This document shows, piece by piece, positions 62,870-64,000 of a stretch of 64,000 nucleotides of DNA. Numbering within the stretch: the stretch's first letter is position 1; every line of letters begins with the position of its first letter. The position numbers and the translations under genes are program-made. The stretch spans positions 288,001 to 352,000 of the forward strand of contig JBMOPW010000034.1 of the NCBI GenBank assembly GCA_049322915.1, in the 5' to 3' direction. The DNA is from Candidatus Zhuqueibacterota bacterium. GTDB taxonomy: Bacteria > Zhuqueibacterota > Zhuqueibacteria > Thermofontimicrobiales > Thermofontimicrobiaceae. The notes beneath the pieces were generated by a model that worked only from the letters and a program-made list of their open reading frames with translations, had not been told where the DNA came from and did no database searches.

Positions 62870-64000
62870 TTACAACACCTTCAGGTTCAGCAGTGTGATA
62901 TCATCGGCCTGGGGTTTGCCTTCTGAAAAACGTCGCACCTCCGAAAGAATCGCGTTTTTCATCTCCTCAGCCGACTCATTTCGGTGCAATCGCATGAGAT
63001 CCTCCAGGCGGCGTTCACCAAATTCCTCGTCATGAATGTTCACGGCTTCGGTGACGCCATCGGTGAACATGACAATCCAATTGCCTGGTTGCAGTGCTAT
63101 TTTCTCCTGCAGATAGGGCATGTTGGGCATCATTCCTAAAATAAGCCCGCCCGTTTCCAGAGCTTTGAGACTGCCATCGCTTCTCATCAACATCGGGGGA
63201 TTGTGGCCAGCGTTCACGTAGGTGAAGCTCTTTTCTCCGACATCCAGAATGCCAAAGAAGAAGGTGATAAATTTATCATAATTCGTGTTGCGGTAAATGA
63301 GGTTATTGATTTTAGAAACAACGTCCACCAGCGATGCATCCGCATCGATGAGCGCATGCAGCACGGCCTGCAGGTTGGCCATGAGGAGCGAGGCGCCGGT
63401 CCCCTTGCCGGACACATCGGCGATGGCCAGACAGACTTTGTGAGCGTTCAGTTCGATGCAATCGAAATAATCGCCGCTCACCTGCAAGCTGGGCACGTTG
63501 ATAGCCGCGATTTCGAATTCTGAGAATGAAGGGCACGTTTTGGGCAGCATCTTCTGTTGAATTTCCCGGGCGATAGCCAGTTCCTCTTCCAGCCGTTTCT
63601 TTTCCAGCGCCTCTTCGAACAAGCGCGCATTTTCAAGGTAAATCATGGCCTCGTTACCAAGCGTGAACAGAAATTCCAGATCATAATCCTGAAATGCGGC
63701 CTTATTGATGCGGTCTCCAATAGCGAGAATTCCTTGCGTCTTTCTCTTGATGCGCATGGGGACTACCACTCGAATTTCCGCTTTGCGTAGGACATGCAGT
63801 GTGGAATTGGATTCGGTCTCACCGTTCAAAAGGACTGGATCGGCGATGGTCGCTAATTCATTCAGATAAACCTCGGCGGAAAAATCGACTGGAATCTCAT
63901 GGTCACGGATCCCCTTGGTCACTGCCAGCCGCATCCTTCCGTTGTTCTCAGCAAAAATCAGACAGCGGTTGACGAGCATTTCTCCCATGACAGCGAAGCA
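62870..64000 (-). CDS. GAF plus PP2C/SpoIIE (RsbU-like) phosphatase, 5' end outside the window
   Basis: VVVPM...GILAIG...ENARLF GAF tail; SGDYFD, ADVSGKG, NAGHNPP, FTDGVTE, DDIT. Confidence 0.9.
   Translation of the reverse strand, partial: CFAVMGEMLVNRCLIFAENNGRMRLAVTKGIRDHEIPVDFSAEVYLNELATIADPVLLNGETESNSTLHVLRKAEIRVVVPMRIKRKTQGILAIGDRINKAAFQDYDLEFLFTLGNEAMIYLENARLFEEALEKKRLEEELAIAREIQQKMLPKTCPSFSEFEIAAINVPSLQVSGDYFDCIELNAHKVCLAIADVSGKGTGASLLMANLQAVLHALIDADASLVDVVSKINNLIYRNTNYDKFITFFFGILDVGEKSFTYVNAGHNPPMLMRSDGSLKALETGGLILGMMPNMPYLQEKIALQPGNWIVMFTDGVTEAVNIHDEEFGERRLEDLMRLHRNESAEEMKNAILSEVRRFSEGKPQADDITLLNLKVL

Overview
Bacterial chromosomal window, most consistent with a Gram-negative FCB-group organism such as KSB1, Calditrichota or Ignavibacteriota (inferred from QNYPNPFN-type T9SS sorting domains, a PorV-like barrel and SusD-less TonB loci). 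(1) 1-12440, minus strand: an envelope super-operon gatC-kdsB-pyrG-kdsA-kdsC-[3 envelope genes]-kdsD-lpxL-like-lptC-lptA-like-lptB-rpoN, with rpoN cut by the window edge. (2) 12616-16751: a stand-alone tRNA-Sec gene followed by an ECF transporter and MobB. The two ECF ATPases are degenerate in complementary ways. (3) 17266-61251: a ~44 kb polysaccharide-utilisation locus (PUL) in three transcription units plus a hybrid two-component regulator (HTCS). It has two GH10, a GH89, a PL26-like protein, a beta-helix protein, an esterase-like protein, several uncharacterised secreted proteins, and SSS, RhaT and DctP transporters. No SusD is present; instead there is a chaperone-like lipoprotein / TonB receptor / ~1150-aa secreted protein / PorV module. 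(4) 61652-64000: two SpoIIE/RsbU phosphatases. The strongest sequence-level discovery is one operator architecture at all three PUL promoters: two 15-bp boxes (TGTAAC-N3-RTGACW) 21 bp apart, abutting the -35 element, very likely the HTCS binding site. All calls come from motif reading only; no database searches were run.
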